A stretch of DNA of 64,000 nt from Acidobacteriota bacterium (GCA_963666215.2 CAXWPL010000005.1:1504001-1568000); one strand, 5' to 3'. Shown: positions 20,914 through 31,132, counted from the stretch's first letter. Made by a program: numbers and translations. Notes: generated by a model from the sequence alone, not told the origin.

Positions 20914-21480
20914 TTGTACCAGACCCTGCTTCAGGATGCCAGTTTCTACGATCTACTGCTGCGACTCGACGAGGATCTAGCGGAGAAGACTCGCGCCCTA
21001 GGCTGCGAATGCGGTGGGCGTTTGCACCAGGCTCACTATCCACGTAAGCCTCGCGGAGGGCCCGAGGAGCTGCGCAGAAGGACCTCGTTGCGGCTGAGCT
21101 ATTGCTGCTCGGTGGAGGGGTGCCGTCGTCGTCAGACGCCTGCGTCCTTTCGTTTTCTGGGCCGGAAGGTGTACTTCAGCGTGTTGGTACTTCTGGTCCC
21201 AGTGCTGCGGGAAGGGGCCAAGGGAGAGCGGCTGCATCGTCTACAGGAATTGTTTCAGGTGAGCGCACGTACGGTGCGCCGATGGCAGAGATGGTGGCGA
21301 GAGGACTTCGGTCTCAGCCCGGTCATGACTCGCTTTCAAGGCTTTCATGCCGAGCCGATCCAGCGGCAAGACTTGCCGGGCTCTCTGCTCCTAGTCTTTC
21401 GTCAATTGTCGCCGGCAGGCGAGAGGGTGCTGGCGGTGATTCGCGCCCTATTGGTCGGGCCCTCTGTGCTAGCTGTGTGA
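20914..21480 (+). CDS. Transposon gene 1: Zn-ribbon-like plus HTH hypothetical protein
   Basis: CECGGRLH...YCCSVEGCRRR and VSARTVRRWQRWW; AAGGAG before TTG 20914. Confidence 0.75.
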   Translation: MYQTLLQDASFYDLLLRLDEDLAEKTRALGCECGGRLHQAHYPRKPRGGPEELRRRTSLRLSYCCSVEGCRRRQTPASFRFLGRKVYFSVLVLLVPVLREGAKGERLHRLQELFQVSARTVRRWQRWWREDFGLSPVMTRFQGFHAEPIQRQDLPGSLLLVFRQLSPAGERVLAVIRALLVGPSVLAV

Positions 21481-22071
21481 GGGTCGCCGGAAACCCGCAG
21501 AAGATGCGTCTCGACTCGCCGAGAAGCGGGCCTTAAGGTCTCTGTTCTCGCCGCCGATTGAAGGAATCGGCGCCCAGGAGAGGGAGATGAGCCATCGAGC
21601 CTCGACGCAACAACGCTGGGCGCAGTTTCGCTTCAGTGTGGTGGGTGAGCTGTTGGCTGCGCCTCCCGCACCGGGACATCTGCAGGTGGAATTGTCTCGA
21701 CTCTCCCAGAAGTGTTGATGGCTGCGAGAAAGCGCATCCCGTTGGCTGCGAGCGCAGTTTCCGGGATGGAGTGAGCTGAGGGCTTCGCGACCGCGGGAAA
21801 GCTAGGCCTTCTTCAGGAAGGGCGGCATCATCCCGCCGGAACGGCGGTCCGGGTGCGTGGTCCCGGCGGCGTGTTTGCGGTCGGAAGAGATGCGTGAGTC
21901 GGTGTAGGGCTTTGCAGTGCGGGCTCTGCTCTGATAGAGCAGGCCGACCAGAGACGGCGAGAGCCCGGGAAAGCGAAGTAGAAAACGCCCCGGGCTCTGC
22001 CCCAAACCGCAGCATTAGCTGCGCTTGCAGTATGGCAGAGAGTCGGGGTCGTCGTCGAATGGGAGGCGACG

Positions 22072-22467
22072 ATGCGACCGGACTACCGACTCTTCGACTG
22101 TGCTCGATGCCGTCGGCGTATCTCGCTGTGCTCGCACTGTGACCGTGGCCAGCGTTACTGCCGGGCTTGTGCTCTGGTGGCTCGTCGGGAATCGACTCGG
22201 GCGGCCGGCCATCGGTACCAGCGAAGCCTCCGAGGTCGGCATTGTCATGCCGCCCGTCAGGCCCGCTACCGTCGGCGCCAGCGCGAGCGGGCAGAGAAAG
22301 TGACGCATCAGGGTACCCCAGGCGGTACTTCGGGGAGGACACTGTGTCGGATCGAGACTCCGAGGCGCGAAGTGCGCTACGACCCGAGGAATCCGCGATG
22401 CATGCAGTGTGGAGAGGCCTGCCGAGAGTTTGTGCGAACGAGCTTTCGTCGTTGCCGACGGAGATAG
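22072..22467 (+). CDS. Cys-rich, Arg-rich accessory protein upstream of istA
   Basis: CARC..CSHCDRGQRYCRAC..CMQCGEAC; stops 4 nt before the istA start. Confidence 0.7.
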   Translation: MRPDYRLFDCARCRRRISLCSHCDRGQRYCRACALVARRESTRAAGHRYQRSLRGRHCHAARQARYRRRQRERAEKVTHQGTPGGTSGRTLCRIETPRREVRYDPRNPRCMQCGEACREFVRTSFRRCRRR

Positions 22468-22471
22468 GGGC

Positions 22472-23980
22472 GTGATCGACGCACAGCTGCGCGGGGAGAT
22501 CCGTCGTCTGTTCCTGGTCGAGAAGTGGAAAGTCGGCACGATCGCTCGACAGCTACAGCTGCACCCCTCAACCGTGCGCCGGGCGCTGGAGAAGTCCGGC
22601 GTGCTACCCCAGCAGCGACGAGGGAGGATGATCGATCCTTACCTGCCGTTCATCGAGCAGGTGCTCGGGACCTACCCACGACTGCCGGCGAGCCGTCTCT
22701 ACACCATGGTGGTGGAGCGCGGCTATCCAGGAGGCCCGGATCAGTTTCGCCACCTGGTGGCCTCGATGCGACCGAAGCCCCAGCGCGAGGCGTTTCTCTC
22801 GCTGCGCATGCTGCCAGGAGAGCAGGCGCAGGTCGACTGGGGCCACTTCGGTCGGCTCCGCGTCGGCCGGGCACATCGTCGGCTCTATGCCTTCGTCTTC
22901 GTGCTGTCGTTCTCGCGCACGGTCTTCGTGCACTTCACCCTCGACACTCGTCTCGAAACCTTCTTGCACGCTCACCAGCTGGCCTTCCACTACGTCGACG
23001 GCGTCGTCAGGACCGTTCTGTACGACAACCTGCGAACCGCGGTGATCGAGCGGCAGGGAACCGCGGTGCGCTTCCATCCCGTGCTGCTCGATTTCGCCAG
23101 CCACTACGGCTTCCTTCCCACCGTCGCCGCGGTGGCTCGGGGAAATGAGAAAGGCCGCGTCGAGCGCGCAATCCGCTTCCTGCGAAGCTCGTTCTTCGGC
23201 GCCCGAACGGTGAGCGATTTGGATCGTCTGAATCGGCAGGTCCTGGAATGGTGCCAGAGGTCGCAGCGCAGACCCTGGCCGCAGGACCGACAGCGAACCG
23301 TGAAAAGCGCCCTGGCCCAGGAACGACCTCGACTGCTTGAGCTTCCCGGAGACGACTTCGAAACCGACCTGCGACTGGAGATCAAGGTCAGAAAGACGCC
23401 GATCGTGCGCTTCGACCTCAACGACTACTCGGTGCCGCACAGTCATGTGCAGAGGACCGTCACGCTCCTCGCCAGCGAGCATCGGGTGCGGATCCTCGAT
23501 GGCCAGGAGCTCCTCGCCGAGCACCCTCGCTCGTACTCCCGGGGCGAGCAGATCCTCGATCCTCAACACCTCGAGGAGCTCCTCGCTCACAAACGCAGGG
23601 CCCGACGACACCGGGGCTTCCATCGGCTGTTTTCCGCTGTGCCTCGATGCGAAGAGCTGATGCAGCAGCTCGCCGAGCGAGGCGAGAACCTCGGAACGCA
23701 GACCGCCGGCCTGCTCCGACTCCTGCGCCAGTACGGCCCCCAGCGACTCGACAAAGCCGTGCGCGAAGCGCTCCTGAACCACGCACCGCGATTCCAGTCC
23801 GTCCGGCTCCTACTCGAACGGCACCAGCGCGGCCTCGGTCAGCCCCCGGCTTTACCGGTGCCGCTCAGCCAGGAGCTCCAACAGCGAGATCTCTCCGTGA
23901 GACCGCACAACCTCGAGGACTACGACCAACTTGGAGGCAACGACGATGGCCCGACCCAGGAAGAGTCCAACGATCCCTGA
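22472..23980 (+). CDS. istA: IS21 transposase IstA
   Basis: PGEQAQVDWG, LSFSR, LYDNLRT, NEKGRVERAIRFLR, FDLNDYSVP. Confidence 0.93.
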   Translation: MIDAQLRGEIRRLFLVEKWKVGTIARQLQLHPSTVRRALEKSGVLPQQRRGRMIDPYLPFIEQVLGTYPRLPASRLYTMVVERGYPGGPDQFRHLVASMRPKPQREAFLSLRMLPGEQAQVDWGHFGRLRVGRAHRRLYAFVFVLSFSRTVFVHFTLDTRLETFLHAHQLAFHYVDGVVRTVLYDNLRTAVIERQGTAVRFHPVLLDFASHYGFLPTVAAVARGNEKGRVERAIRFLRSSFFGARTVSDLDRLNRQVLEWCQRSQRRPWPQDRQRTVKSALAQERPRLLELPGDDFETDLRLEIKVRKTPIVRFDLNDYSVPHSHVQRTVTLLASEHRVRILDGQELLAEHPRSYSRGEQILDPQHLEELLAHKRRARRHRGFHRLFSAVPRCEELMQQLAERGENLGTQTAGLLRLLRQYGPQRLDKAVREALLNHAPRFQSVRLLLERHQRGLGQPPALPVPLSQELQQRDLSVRPHNLEDYDQLGGNDDGPTQEESNDP

Positions 23981-24740
23981 CGAACCACTACGAGAGCTCG
24001 CCCGATCCCTCGGCTTCTACGCCCTCGTCGACGACTGGGGCACCTACCGAGAACAGCCCTGGCTCGAACAGCTGCTGCGCAAAGAAGAGGCCGAGCGCAA
24101 ACGGCGCAGCCTCGAACGGCGCATCCGCACCAGCCGCGTCGGGCTCTTCAAGAGCATCGCCGACTTCGACTTCTCCTGGCCCCAGCGCATCGACCGCGAG
24201 CAGATCCAGGATCTGCTCACCCTCCAATTCCTCGACGACATCACCAACGTCATCCTCCTCGGACCCAACGGTGTCGGCAAGACCATGATTGCCAAGAACC
24301 TCCTCTACCAGGCGCTGCAACGAGGGGCCACCGCCAGCTTCGTCACCGCCTCCGACATGCTCAACGATCTCGCCGTCCAGGAAACCCCCTCGGCGCTCCA
24401 GAGAAGGCTCTCCAAATACACCCGACCCTCGCTTTTGGCAATCGATGAGCTCGGCTATCTCTCCTACGACCACCGCCACGCGGATCTCCTCTTCGAGGTC
24501 GTCTCCAGGAGATACGGCAACAAGCCCATTCTTCTCACCACCAACAAGCCCTTCGCCGAATGGGCCGAGGTCTTTCCCAACGCCTCCTGCGTCGTCACTC
24601 TCGTCGATCGACTCACCCACCACGCCGAGATCGTCAAGATCGAGGCTAACTCCTATCGCCGCAAGGAGGCCAAGGAGGCTGCTGAAAAAAAGGCCAAGGA
24701 CCGCGCCAAAAGGCGGAGCGCAGCACGACGACGCTCATGA
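23946..24740 (+). CDS. istB: IS21 helper ATPase IstB
   Basis: DFDFS, GPNGVGKT (Walker A), LAIDELGY (Walker B), TTNKPFAEW, LVDRLTHH. Confidence 0.93.
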   Translation: MARPRKSPTIPDEPLRELARSLGFYALVDDWGTYREQPWLEQLLRKEEAERKRRSLERRIRTSRVGLFKSIADFDFSWPQRIDREQIQDLLTLQFLDDITNVILLGPNGVGKTMIAKNLLYQALQRGATASFVTASDMLNDLAVQETPSALQRRLSKYTRPSLLAIDELGYLSYDHRHADLLFEVVSRRYGNKPILLTTNKPFAEWAEVFPNASCVVTLVDRLTHHAEIVKIEANSYRRKEAKEAAEKKAKDRAKRRSAARRRS

Positions 24741-25093
24741 CCCGAAGCCACTATCGGCGCCAGCTCCTCCGCCTCTATCGACTCCTTCCCGACACCCCGC
24801 ACCGCTTCCACCACGGCGACCGCGTCATCGTCGACCAGCTCTTCGACCAAGACCTGCCTCTCACCGTCCTCCAGGCCGCCCTCCTCCTCGGCTCCGCCCG
24901 ACGCGCATGCCGAGATCCGCGCCTACCAAAGCTCCAGCCCATCCGATCCCTCGCCTACTTTCTCCCCATCCTCCGAGAACTCCCCACGACGCCACCCCCC
25001 GAGGGGTACCTCGACTATCTGCGCCACACCCTGAGTCACGCCTCGCGGGGACAAAAAACCGACTCGCAGCCAACTAAGTGCGCTTTCTCGTAG
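24737..25093 (+). CDS. Unknown 118-aa accessory protein downstream of istB
   Basis: ATGA overlap with istB; homologous to 27242-27589 (LYR..P.T, DR, AALLL..ARR, PI.SL.YFLP..RE, GYL.YL). Confidence 0.82.
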   Translation: MTRSHYRRQLLRLYRLLPDTPHRFHHGDRVIVDQLFDQDLPLTVLQAALLLGSARRACRDPRLPKLQPIRSLAYFLPILRELPTTPPPEGYLDYLRHTLSHASRGQKTDSQPTKCAFS

Positions 25094-26403
25094 CCGGTAA
25101 CACAGAAGGCCTGGCGCCATCCGATCACGGAGAAGGCGGTGTACTTTGCCCGCTCGACGATTGAGCGTTGGTACTACACGGCCCTGGCCGGTCGCGATCC
25201 GATCGGGGCGCTACAACGCCGATCGAGAAGCGACAGCGGCCAAGCGCGCGCCATCCCAACCCGGATCGCCGAGCTGATCCACACGCAATACAAGGCCCAC
25301 CCGACGTGGAGCTACCAGCTCCATTGGGACAATCTGGACGTGGTGCTAAAAGAGCGACCGGAGCCAGGGAAGGTGCCTTCCTACTCCACCCTGCGCCGCT
25401 TCATGATCGCGCACGGTTGGCCCAAACAACGACGCACGAAGGGAAAGGATCGCAGCACTGCCTCCGGTGCCCCTGCGCGCGAGAAGCGCAGCTACGAAGC
25501 CGAGTACGTCAACGGGCTCTGGCACCTCGACTTCCACCACGGCTCGCGCAAGATCCCGAGCTCCGCAGGGACCTGGGAAGTACCGATGCTGCTGGCGATT
25601 CTCGACGATCACTCCCGGCTCACCTGCCATCTGCAGTGGTATCTGCACGAGACCGCCGAGTGTCTGATCCACGCTCTGATCCAAGCCTTCATCAAACGCG
25701 GACTGTGCCGCTCACTGCTCACCGATAACGGCAGCGCCATGATCGCCGACGAGACCACCGAGGGGCTCCTACGCCTCTCCGTCGTCCATCGCACCACATT
25801 GCCCCGGAGCCCCTATCAAAACGGGAAACAAGAAAACTTCTTCTCTCGAGTCGAATCCCGCCTCCTCGCCATGCTCGAAGGACACGCGGATCTCAATCTG
25901 GCATTGCTCAATGAGGCGACGCTGGCTTGGGTGGAGATGGAGTATCACCGCAGCGTCCATTCCGAGACCGGCCAGACGCCGCTCGACCGCTTTCTCGAGG
26001 GTCCCTCCGTCTCTCGGATCTGCCCCAGCCTGGACGAGCTGCGCTTCGCCTTCACCGCCGCTCGAAAGCGCACCCAGCGCCAAAGCGACGGCACCATCAG
26101 TCTTGACGGCACCCGTTTCGAGATCCCCTCTCGTTTCCATCATCTCAACCGGATCTCGGTGCGATACCAGAGCTGGGAGAAAAGCTCCGTCTTCATGGTC
26201 GACGAAAGCTCCGACGTCCCACTCGAGCGCCTCTACCCCATCGACAAGGCAAGAAACGCTTCCGGCATCCGCCGCCCGATCCAACCCCAGAGCACCGACG
26301 AGCCGACAGGCCCGGAGCCTGGCATCGCACCCCTACTCCGCAAACACATGGCGGAGTACGCCGCCACCGGGCTCCCGCCCGCCTACCTCAAAAAGGAGAC
26401 ACC

Positions 26404-27249
26404 GTGAACAACCAGAAACTACTGGCACTCTTCGGACTCAAATGGAACCCCTTTACCCCCAACATCCCCGTCGAAGCGCTGTGGCGACACCCGCATCTCG
26501 ACCACTTCTGCTGGCGCCTGGAGACCCTCGTCCACGACGGTGGCTTCGCATTGATCTCCGGTGATCCCGGCACCGGCAAGTCGGTCGCTCTACGCACCCT
26601 CGCTCACCACCTTCAACACCTGCCCGACCTGCGCACCGGAGTCCTCACGCGGCCACAGAGCAGTCTCGCCGACTTTTACCGTGAGCTCGGACAGCTCTTC
26701 GGGGTCCCGCTCAATCCACACAACCGATGGGCCGGATTCAAAGCCCTCCGACAGACCTGGCTCTCCCATGTCGATGCCACCCATCAAAGACCCGTACTCT
26801 TGATCGACGAAGCACAGGAGCTCGCCGCCAACGTGCTGGCCGAACTGCGCATCCTCGCCTCTGCGGACTTCGACTCACGCTCCATCCTCACCGTCGTCCT
26901 GTGCGGCGACTCCCGACTCACACAGCTCTTCCGACGAGACGATTTCCTACCCGTCGCCAGCCGCATCCGCGTACGCCTCCTCCTCCTCGACTACCTGCCC
27001 CCAGAGACGTTGGCCGAATGGCTCCAGCACTCCCTGACACAAGCCGGAAACCCCAGTCTCCTCGACCACGAGGTCATCACCACTCTCGCCGAGCACGCCG
27101 CCGGAAACCTCAGAGTACTCGCACACATGGCCAACGAGCTCCTCGCCATGGCCGCCAAAGAAGAGCTACCCAACATCGATCAGAAGCTCTACCTCGAGGT
27201 CTTCTCGCCACCTACCTCCCAGCGCTCTCCCAGGAAAGCCCGTGCCTGA
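26404..27249 (+). CDS. ExeA-like AAA+ ATPase (transposition helper)
   Basis: GDPGTGKS, PVLLIDEAQ, VVLCG, ASRI, AGNLR; GTGA overlap with the transposase. Confidence 0.9.
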   Translation: MNNQKLLALFGLKWNPFTPNIPVEALWRHPHLDHFCWRLETLVHDGGFALISGDPGTGKSVALRTLAHHLQHLPDLRTGVLTRPQSSLADFYRELGQLFGVPLNPHNRWAGFKALRQTWLSHVDATHQRPVLLIDEAQELAANVLAELRILASADFDSRSILTVVLCGDSRLTQLFRRDDFLPVASRIRVRLLLLDYLPPETLAEWLQHSLTQAGNPSLLDHEVITTLAEHAAGNLRVLAHMANELLAMAAKEELPNIDQKLYLEVFSPPTSQRSPRKARA

Positions 27250-27589
27250 CTCCCCATCCGCCCAGCAACAACGACGGCACCTCCAGAGCGTCCTCGAGCT
27301 CTATCGACGACATCCCCAAACCACCGGACGAGTCAGAAACGCCGATCGCCGCCTCGCCGTAGACCTCTATCGAAACGGCGTTACCCTCGACACCATCAAC
27401 GCTGCCTTACTACTCGTCGCCGCCAGGAGATGCAACGAGGCACACACCACAACCCCCATCCAGAGTCTCCACTACTTCCTCCCCGTCATCCGAGAGATTC
27501 GCGATAGACCCCTCGATAACGGCTACCTCCGGTACCTTGAAACTCTCATCCGCGACAGCAGCCAAGACCCAGACCATCATTTACTGTGA
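27242..27589 (+). CDS. Unknown 115-aa accessory protein, homologue of 24737-25093
   Basis: Overlaps the ATPase end, stops 33 nt before the element end, shares the motifs listed for 24737-25093. Confidence 0.82.
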   Translation: MPDSPSAQQQRRHLQSVLELYRRHPQTTGRVRNADRRLAVDLYRNGVTLDTINAALLLVAARRCNEAHTTTPIQSLHYFLPVIREIRDRPLDNGYLRYLETLIRDSSQDPDHHLL

Positions 27590-27885
27590 TCAGCCCGCCA
27601 TCGATTACCGTGATCACTCTCACACCTGCACCGCGCGAGAGAATCGTTCACCATATCATTCCTACCGATTCTCGCGGTAGATGAGGCCGACTGCCGTTCT
27701 GAGCGAACCTCCAGCGTCGACCCTGTCGGCAGACGAGTATTGAGGAGGCACAAGTTAGATATCGTAGCTCATGGCTCGGAGGCCTGAGCGAGACACGAAT
27801 TTTCACAGGAAAACCGGACCCGCTAAACGTAGCGGCCCAAAATGCACCTAGTCCTGGATTCCTTACCGCCGGGGCGTCCGCCGTC

Positions 27886-27915
27886 TTGACACTCCTTTCA
27901 AGATTCGGCAAATCT
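27886..27915 (+). promoter_or_regulatory. Possible sigma70-type promoter
   Basis: Consensus TTGACA at 27886-91 upstream of the 27930 gene; the -10 box is weak. Confidence 0.3.
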
Positions 27916-27929
27916 GGTGTCACACAGAC

Positions 27930-29684
27930 TTGATGAAGCTGCTCAAGGCCTCCTATCTCGCCCTCAAGGCTGCGGTGGCGCGCGTCACCAGTAATGACTC
28001 CGCGTATGCCATCTACGCTCTGGTAGTCATACTGTCGGTGCTTGCCGTGAAGTTGTGGCTTGCGTCGAGCGTCGAAGCTTCGGGCTTGTTTGCCGACGAC
28101 TACGACTACCTGAATAAGAGCGTCTCCTACGTTCGCGGAGATTTCGAATTCGCGGACTACCCCTTTTACAACCACGCGGCAGGCATCTTGTATCCGATCC
28201 TCATCTCGTTTTGGCAGCTGGTCTCCGCGCCCGAATGGCGGATGTTCGTGGTCATCGTTGTAAATGGGATCAGCGCTGGGATTGCGGGGCTCGCCATGTG
28301 TGCAACCGTAAAGAAGGTCACGCCGGTCCGTTCTCTGTGGCTACCGCTGGTCGTGGCGACGCTCCCCTGCGTCTTCGTCTTTTCGTTCTTTGCGCTCACC
28401 GAGAATCTCCTCTTCGCCGTCGTGGCCCTCGTCATGCTTCTGATGGTCCATGTTGAGTGTGCATTCGAGACGAAGTGGTGGATTCCACTGGTCGTCATTG
28501 GGGTCGCTGCCGCGCCACTGATACGCGCCCCGGGGCCTGGCCCTCTTGCCCGCCGTGTTGGTTGTATTCGTCCTGCAGCTCAAGCGTTGGGGTCGCGAGA
28601 AGGTTGCCGGCCTCAGCGTCGTAACCATCGTCGTAACCGGCGCCTTCTACGCGTTCCAGGTGAATGCTCTGCCGATGGCAAACGCCGTGTCGACCCGTGA
28701 AGCCTTGTACCTCCAGTCGTTGCCCGATCTGATCGACAGCCCAGCTGACCTCCTGACCCTCATCAAGATGGCTCTCAACCAGGGCACCTATCTGATGATC
28801 AGCACCGGGTTCCTCCCCGCCCTGTTCTTCGTCATGGGTGCGTGGACACGGGACAAGAGCGAGTCGGCCCATCTCCGGCGAGTGGTCGCGGCGTTTGCGG
28901 GAACGACCATCGCCGCATTCGTTGCCTTCGGGATGCTGCACCTGACCCGGAAGTTCGGTATGGACCCTGGGTCCGCAACATTCATCTACGGACGCTACAA
29001 CGACCCGGCGACGCTACCCTTGCTCGTGTCCGGCCTCACCGTGATGATGGGACGACGGGAGTTTTCGAAGCTCCAACAGATCTTCCTGCGGGTCGGAGCC
29101 CCGCTACTCATCGCCTTGGCGTTGGCCCGGGTGTTGGGATCGAGTTGGTGGTCAGTGAACTCCGCCGGGCTGCTGTTTCTCCCAAGTCGCGCGACGTATT
29201 CACTGTACGCCGTCCTTCCACTGCTGGTCGGAGTGGCCGTGTTTCTGCAGCTCCCGGTTCGCAAGCTCGTCAGGTTCGCGCTGCCGGCCATTGTTGTTCT
29301 CAGCGTGGTCGCCATCTGGAACGCGAACAAGCTGGTCCAGTATCGTTCGGAACGGATCGCTTACGCCACCGCAGGAGCGCGTTGGATACATGAAAACGTC
29401 GGAACGGACAGCTGCATAGGCGACGACATCCGCGTCTCACACAGTCCCGCTCCAGGGGCGCTCAAGAGCATGTGCAACGTAAACCGCGCCATGCGCTTTC
29501 TCACACACCCGATCCCCTACGAGACTTTTGATCCGGCCGGCGAGGAATTCCCCTGCCCGTACATCTACACGCTTACGACAGCGCTGCGCTATCGCCACTG
29601 GCAACCTGCGTGGGCGAACGACGACTACGTTCTGTATCGTATAGGAGGCGGCCTGGATCGTTCGCTGAACTTTCCAGACGAACG
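27930..29684 (+). pseudogene. Polytopic membrane protein (GT-C-like), frameshifted near 28540 and truncated by IS30
   Basis: FADDYDY loop after the first TM helix, LYPILIS, LTENL, FIYGRYND; many TM helices split across two ORFs. Confidence 0.6.
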
Positions 29685-31132
29685 GCGGATTCAACTGGTC
29701 GTCGCAACATCTCGTGATGGAGGTGTTTCGATGGGAGTTGGCAAGTGTCAGGGTGCGATTCGAGCGATGCGTGGCCAGATGCGGTTACCTGGCCGGCCCT
29801 CGACAGCGCGGCGCGAGGACCGGATCCGGTTCTGGGAGACGATCGCTCGTGGGGCGTCCAGCGAGGACGCCGCAACAGAGGCTGGGGTGTCGCCGGCTGT
29901 CGGGTCGAGATGGTTCAGGCAAGCTGGTGGAATGCGACCTATCTCGTTGGCTCCGGTGTCGGGGCGTTATCTGTCGTTCGCCGAGCGTGAAGAGATCGCC
30001 ATCCTTCACGCTCAGCATGTTGGGGTACGTGAGATCGCTCGACGCCTGGGTCGTTCACCGTCGACGATTTCGCGGGAGCTGCGCCGCAACGCGTCGACTC
30101 GCAGCCGTGCCGTAACTTATCGGGCAACGACTGCGCAGTGGCACGCGGAGCGGCGCGCCAGCCGTCCGAAGGTCTCCAAGCTTGCCGCGAACGACGCCTT
30201 GCGTGAGTACGTGCAGAACCGCCTCGCCGGCGTGATCGCAAGGCCTGACGGGGAGCTGGTGCCGGGTCCGGATGTGCGTTGGATCGGCCGCCGGCACGGC
30301 CGTCGCCAGGATCGGCGTTGGGCGAAATCCTGGAGTCCGGAGCCGATCTCGAACCGGCTTCGGATGGATTTCCCCCATAATGAGTCGATGCGGATCTCTC
30401 ACGAGGCGATCTACCAAGCGCTCTACATCCAAGGTCAAGGAGCCCTCAAACGCGAGCTCGTCGCGTGCCTGCGAACCGGGCGAGCGCTACGAGTGCCGCA
30501 TGCGCGAACCCGGGGGCGAGGCAAGAAATTTGTGACTCCGGAGATCATGATCAGCGAACGCCCCGCCGAAGCCGGCGACAGGGCCGTGCCGGGTCACTGG
30601 GAAGGCGACCTGATCGTCGGGCTCGAGAGCTCAGCGATCGGGACCCTCGTCGAACGGACTACGCGGTTCACGATGCTGCTGCACCTGCCCCGCATGGAAG
30701 GTCACGGTAGCGAATCGAGGGTGAAGAACGGGCCGGCGCTCGCCGGGCACGGCGCCGAAGCCGTCCGTGACGCGATCGCGGCGTCGATCACCACGCTGCC
30801 CGAGCAGCTCCGCCGGTCCTTGACCTGGGACCAGGGCGCCGAGATGGCGCAACACGCTCAACTCCGCGTCGATACCGGCCTCGCGATCTACTTCTGCGAC
30901 CCGCACAGCCCCTGGCAGCGGGGCACCAACGAGAACACCAACGGACTGCTACGCCAGTACTTCCCGAAGGGCACCGACCTTGTCAGATACTCCTGCGGCG
31001 ACCTCGCCGCGGTCGCGCTCGCCCTCAACGGCCGACCTCGCAAGACCCTCGGCTGGAGAACCCCTGCCGAAGTCTTCGATGAGTTTGTACACTCTGCTCA
31101 CCAAGGCAACGCTGCGACGACTCCTTGAACCT
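29685..31132 (+). mobile_element. IS30-family element (ends approximate)
   Basis: Ends GGATTCAACTGGTCGTCGCAAC / GCTGCGACGACTCCTTGAACC; contains an IS30 transposase. Confidence 0.82.
29731..31128 (+). CDS. IS30 transposase
   Basis: RYLSFAEREEI, RSPSTISRELRRN, ISHEAIYQ, PGHWEGDLI, SLTWDQGAEM, PWQRGTNENTNGLLRQYFPKG. Confidence 0.92.
   Translation: MGVGKCQGAIRAMRGQMRLPGRPSTARREDRIRFWETIARGASSEDAATEAGVSPAVGSRWFRQAGGMRPISLAPVSGRYLSFAEREEIAILHAQHVGVREIARRLGRSPSTISRELRRNASTRSRAVTYRATTAQWHAERRASRPKVSKLAANDALREYVQNRLAGVIARPDGELVPGPDVRWIGRRHGRRQDRRWAKSWSPEPISNRLRMDFPHNESMRISHEAIYQALYIQGQGALKRELVACLRTGRALRVPHARTRGRGKKFVTPEIMISERPAEAGDRAVPGHWEGDLIVGLESSAIGTLVERTTRFTMLLHLPRMEGHGSESRVKNGPALAGHGAEAVRDAIAASITTLPEQLRRSLTWDQGAEMAQHAQLRVDTGLAIYFCDPHSPWQRGTNENTNGLLRQYFPKGTDLVRYSCGDLAAVALALNGRPRKTLGWRTPAEVFDEFVHSAHQGNAATTP

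Larger units (their letters stand above)
21713..25102 (+). mobile_element. IS21-family element with two accessory genes
   Basis: 24-bp imperfect TIR TGTTGATGGCTGCGAGAAAGCGCA / TGCGCTTTCTCGTAGCCGGTAACA; inner GTTGGCTGCGAG repeats; 6-bp TSD CAGAAG (21707-12, 25103-08). Confidence 0.93.
21587..26407 (+). pseudogene. DDE (Mu/integrase-like) transposase interrupted by IS21
   Basis: 42 codons (21587-21712) rejoin in frame with 25109-26407 (LSQK|AWRHPIT). Motifs LWHLDFHH, LDDHSR, LTDNGSA, NGKQENFF. Confidence 0.9.
20668..27622 (+). mobile_element. Four-gene transposon (Cys-rich/HTH protein, DDE transposase, ExeA-like AAA ATPase, small protein)
   Basis: TIR TGAGAGTGATCA.GGTA.T.GATGG at both ends; 6-bp TSD CACCTG (20662-67, 27623-28); the empty site is visible in the second IS copy near 42700. 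Confidence 0.9.
19419..27752 (+). mobile_element. Integrase-core (rve) IS with TGT...ACA ends, copy 1, carrying a nested 6955-bp insertion
   Basis: 19419-20667 plus 27629-27752 is near-identical to the uninterrupted copy 41454-42826. Imperfect TIR TGTCGCTCCTCAAAAC / GTATTGAGGAGGCACA. Confidence 0.88.

Noticed and set aside
20668-27622. Tn7-like or CRISPR-associated transposon
   Set aside because: No recognisable TnsA, TniQ or Cas gene and no array; the TSD is 6 bp rather than 5.
28546-31128. 860-aa ORF as a novel membrane-anchored transposase
   Set aside because: Chance in-frame fusion of a broken membrane-protein gene with an inserted IS30, whose left end is visible near 29685.
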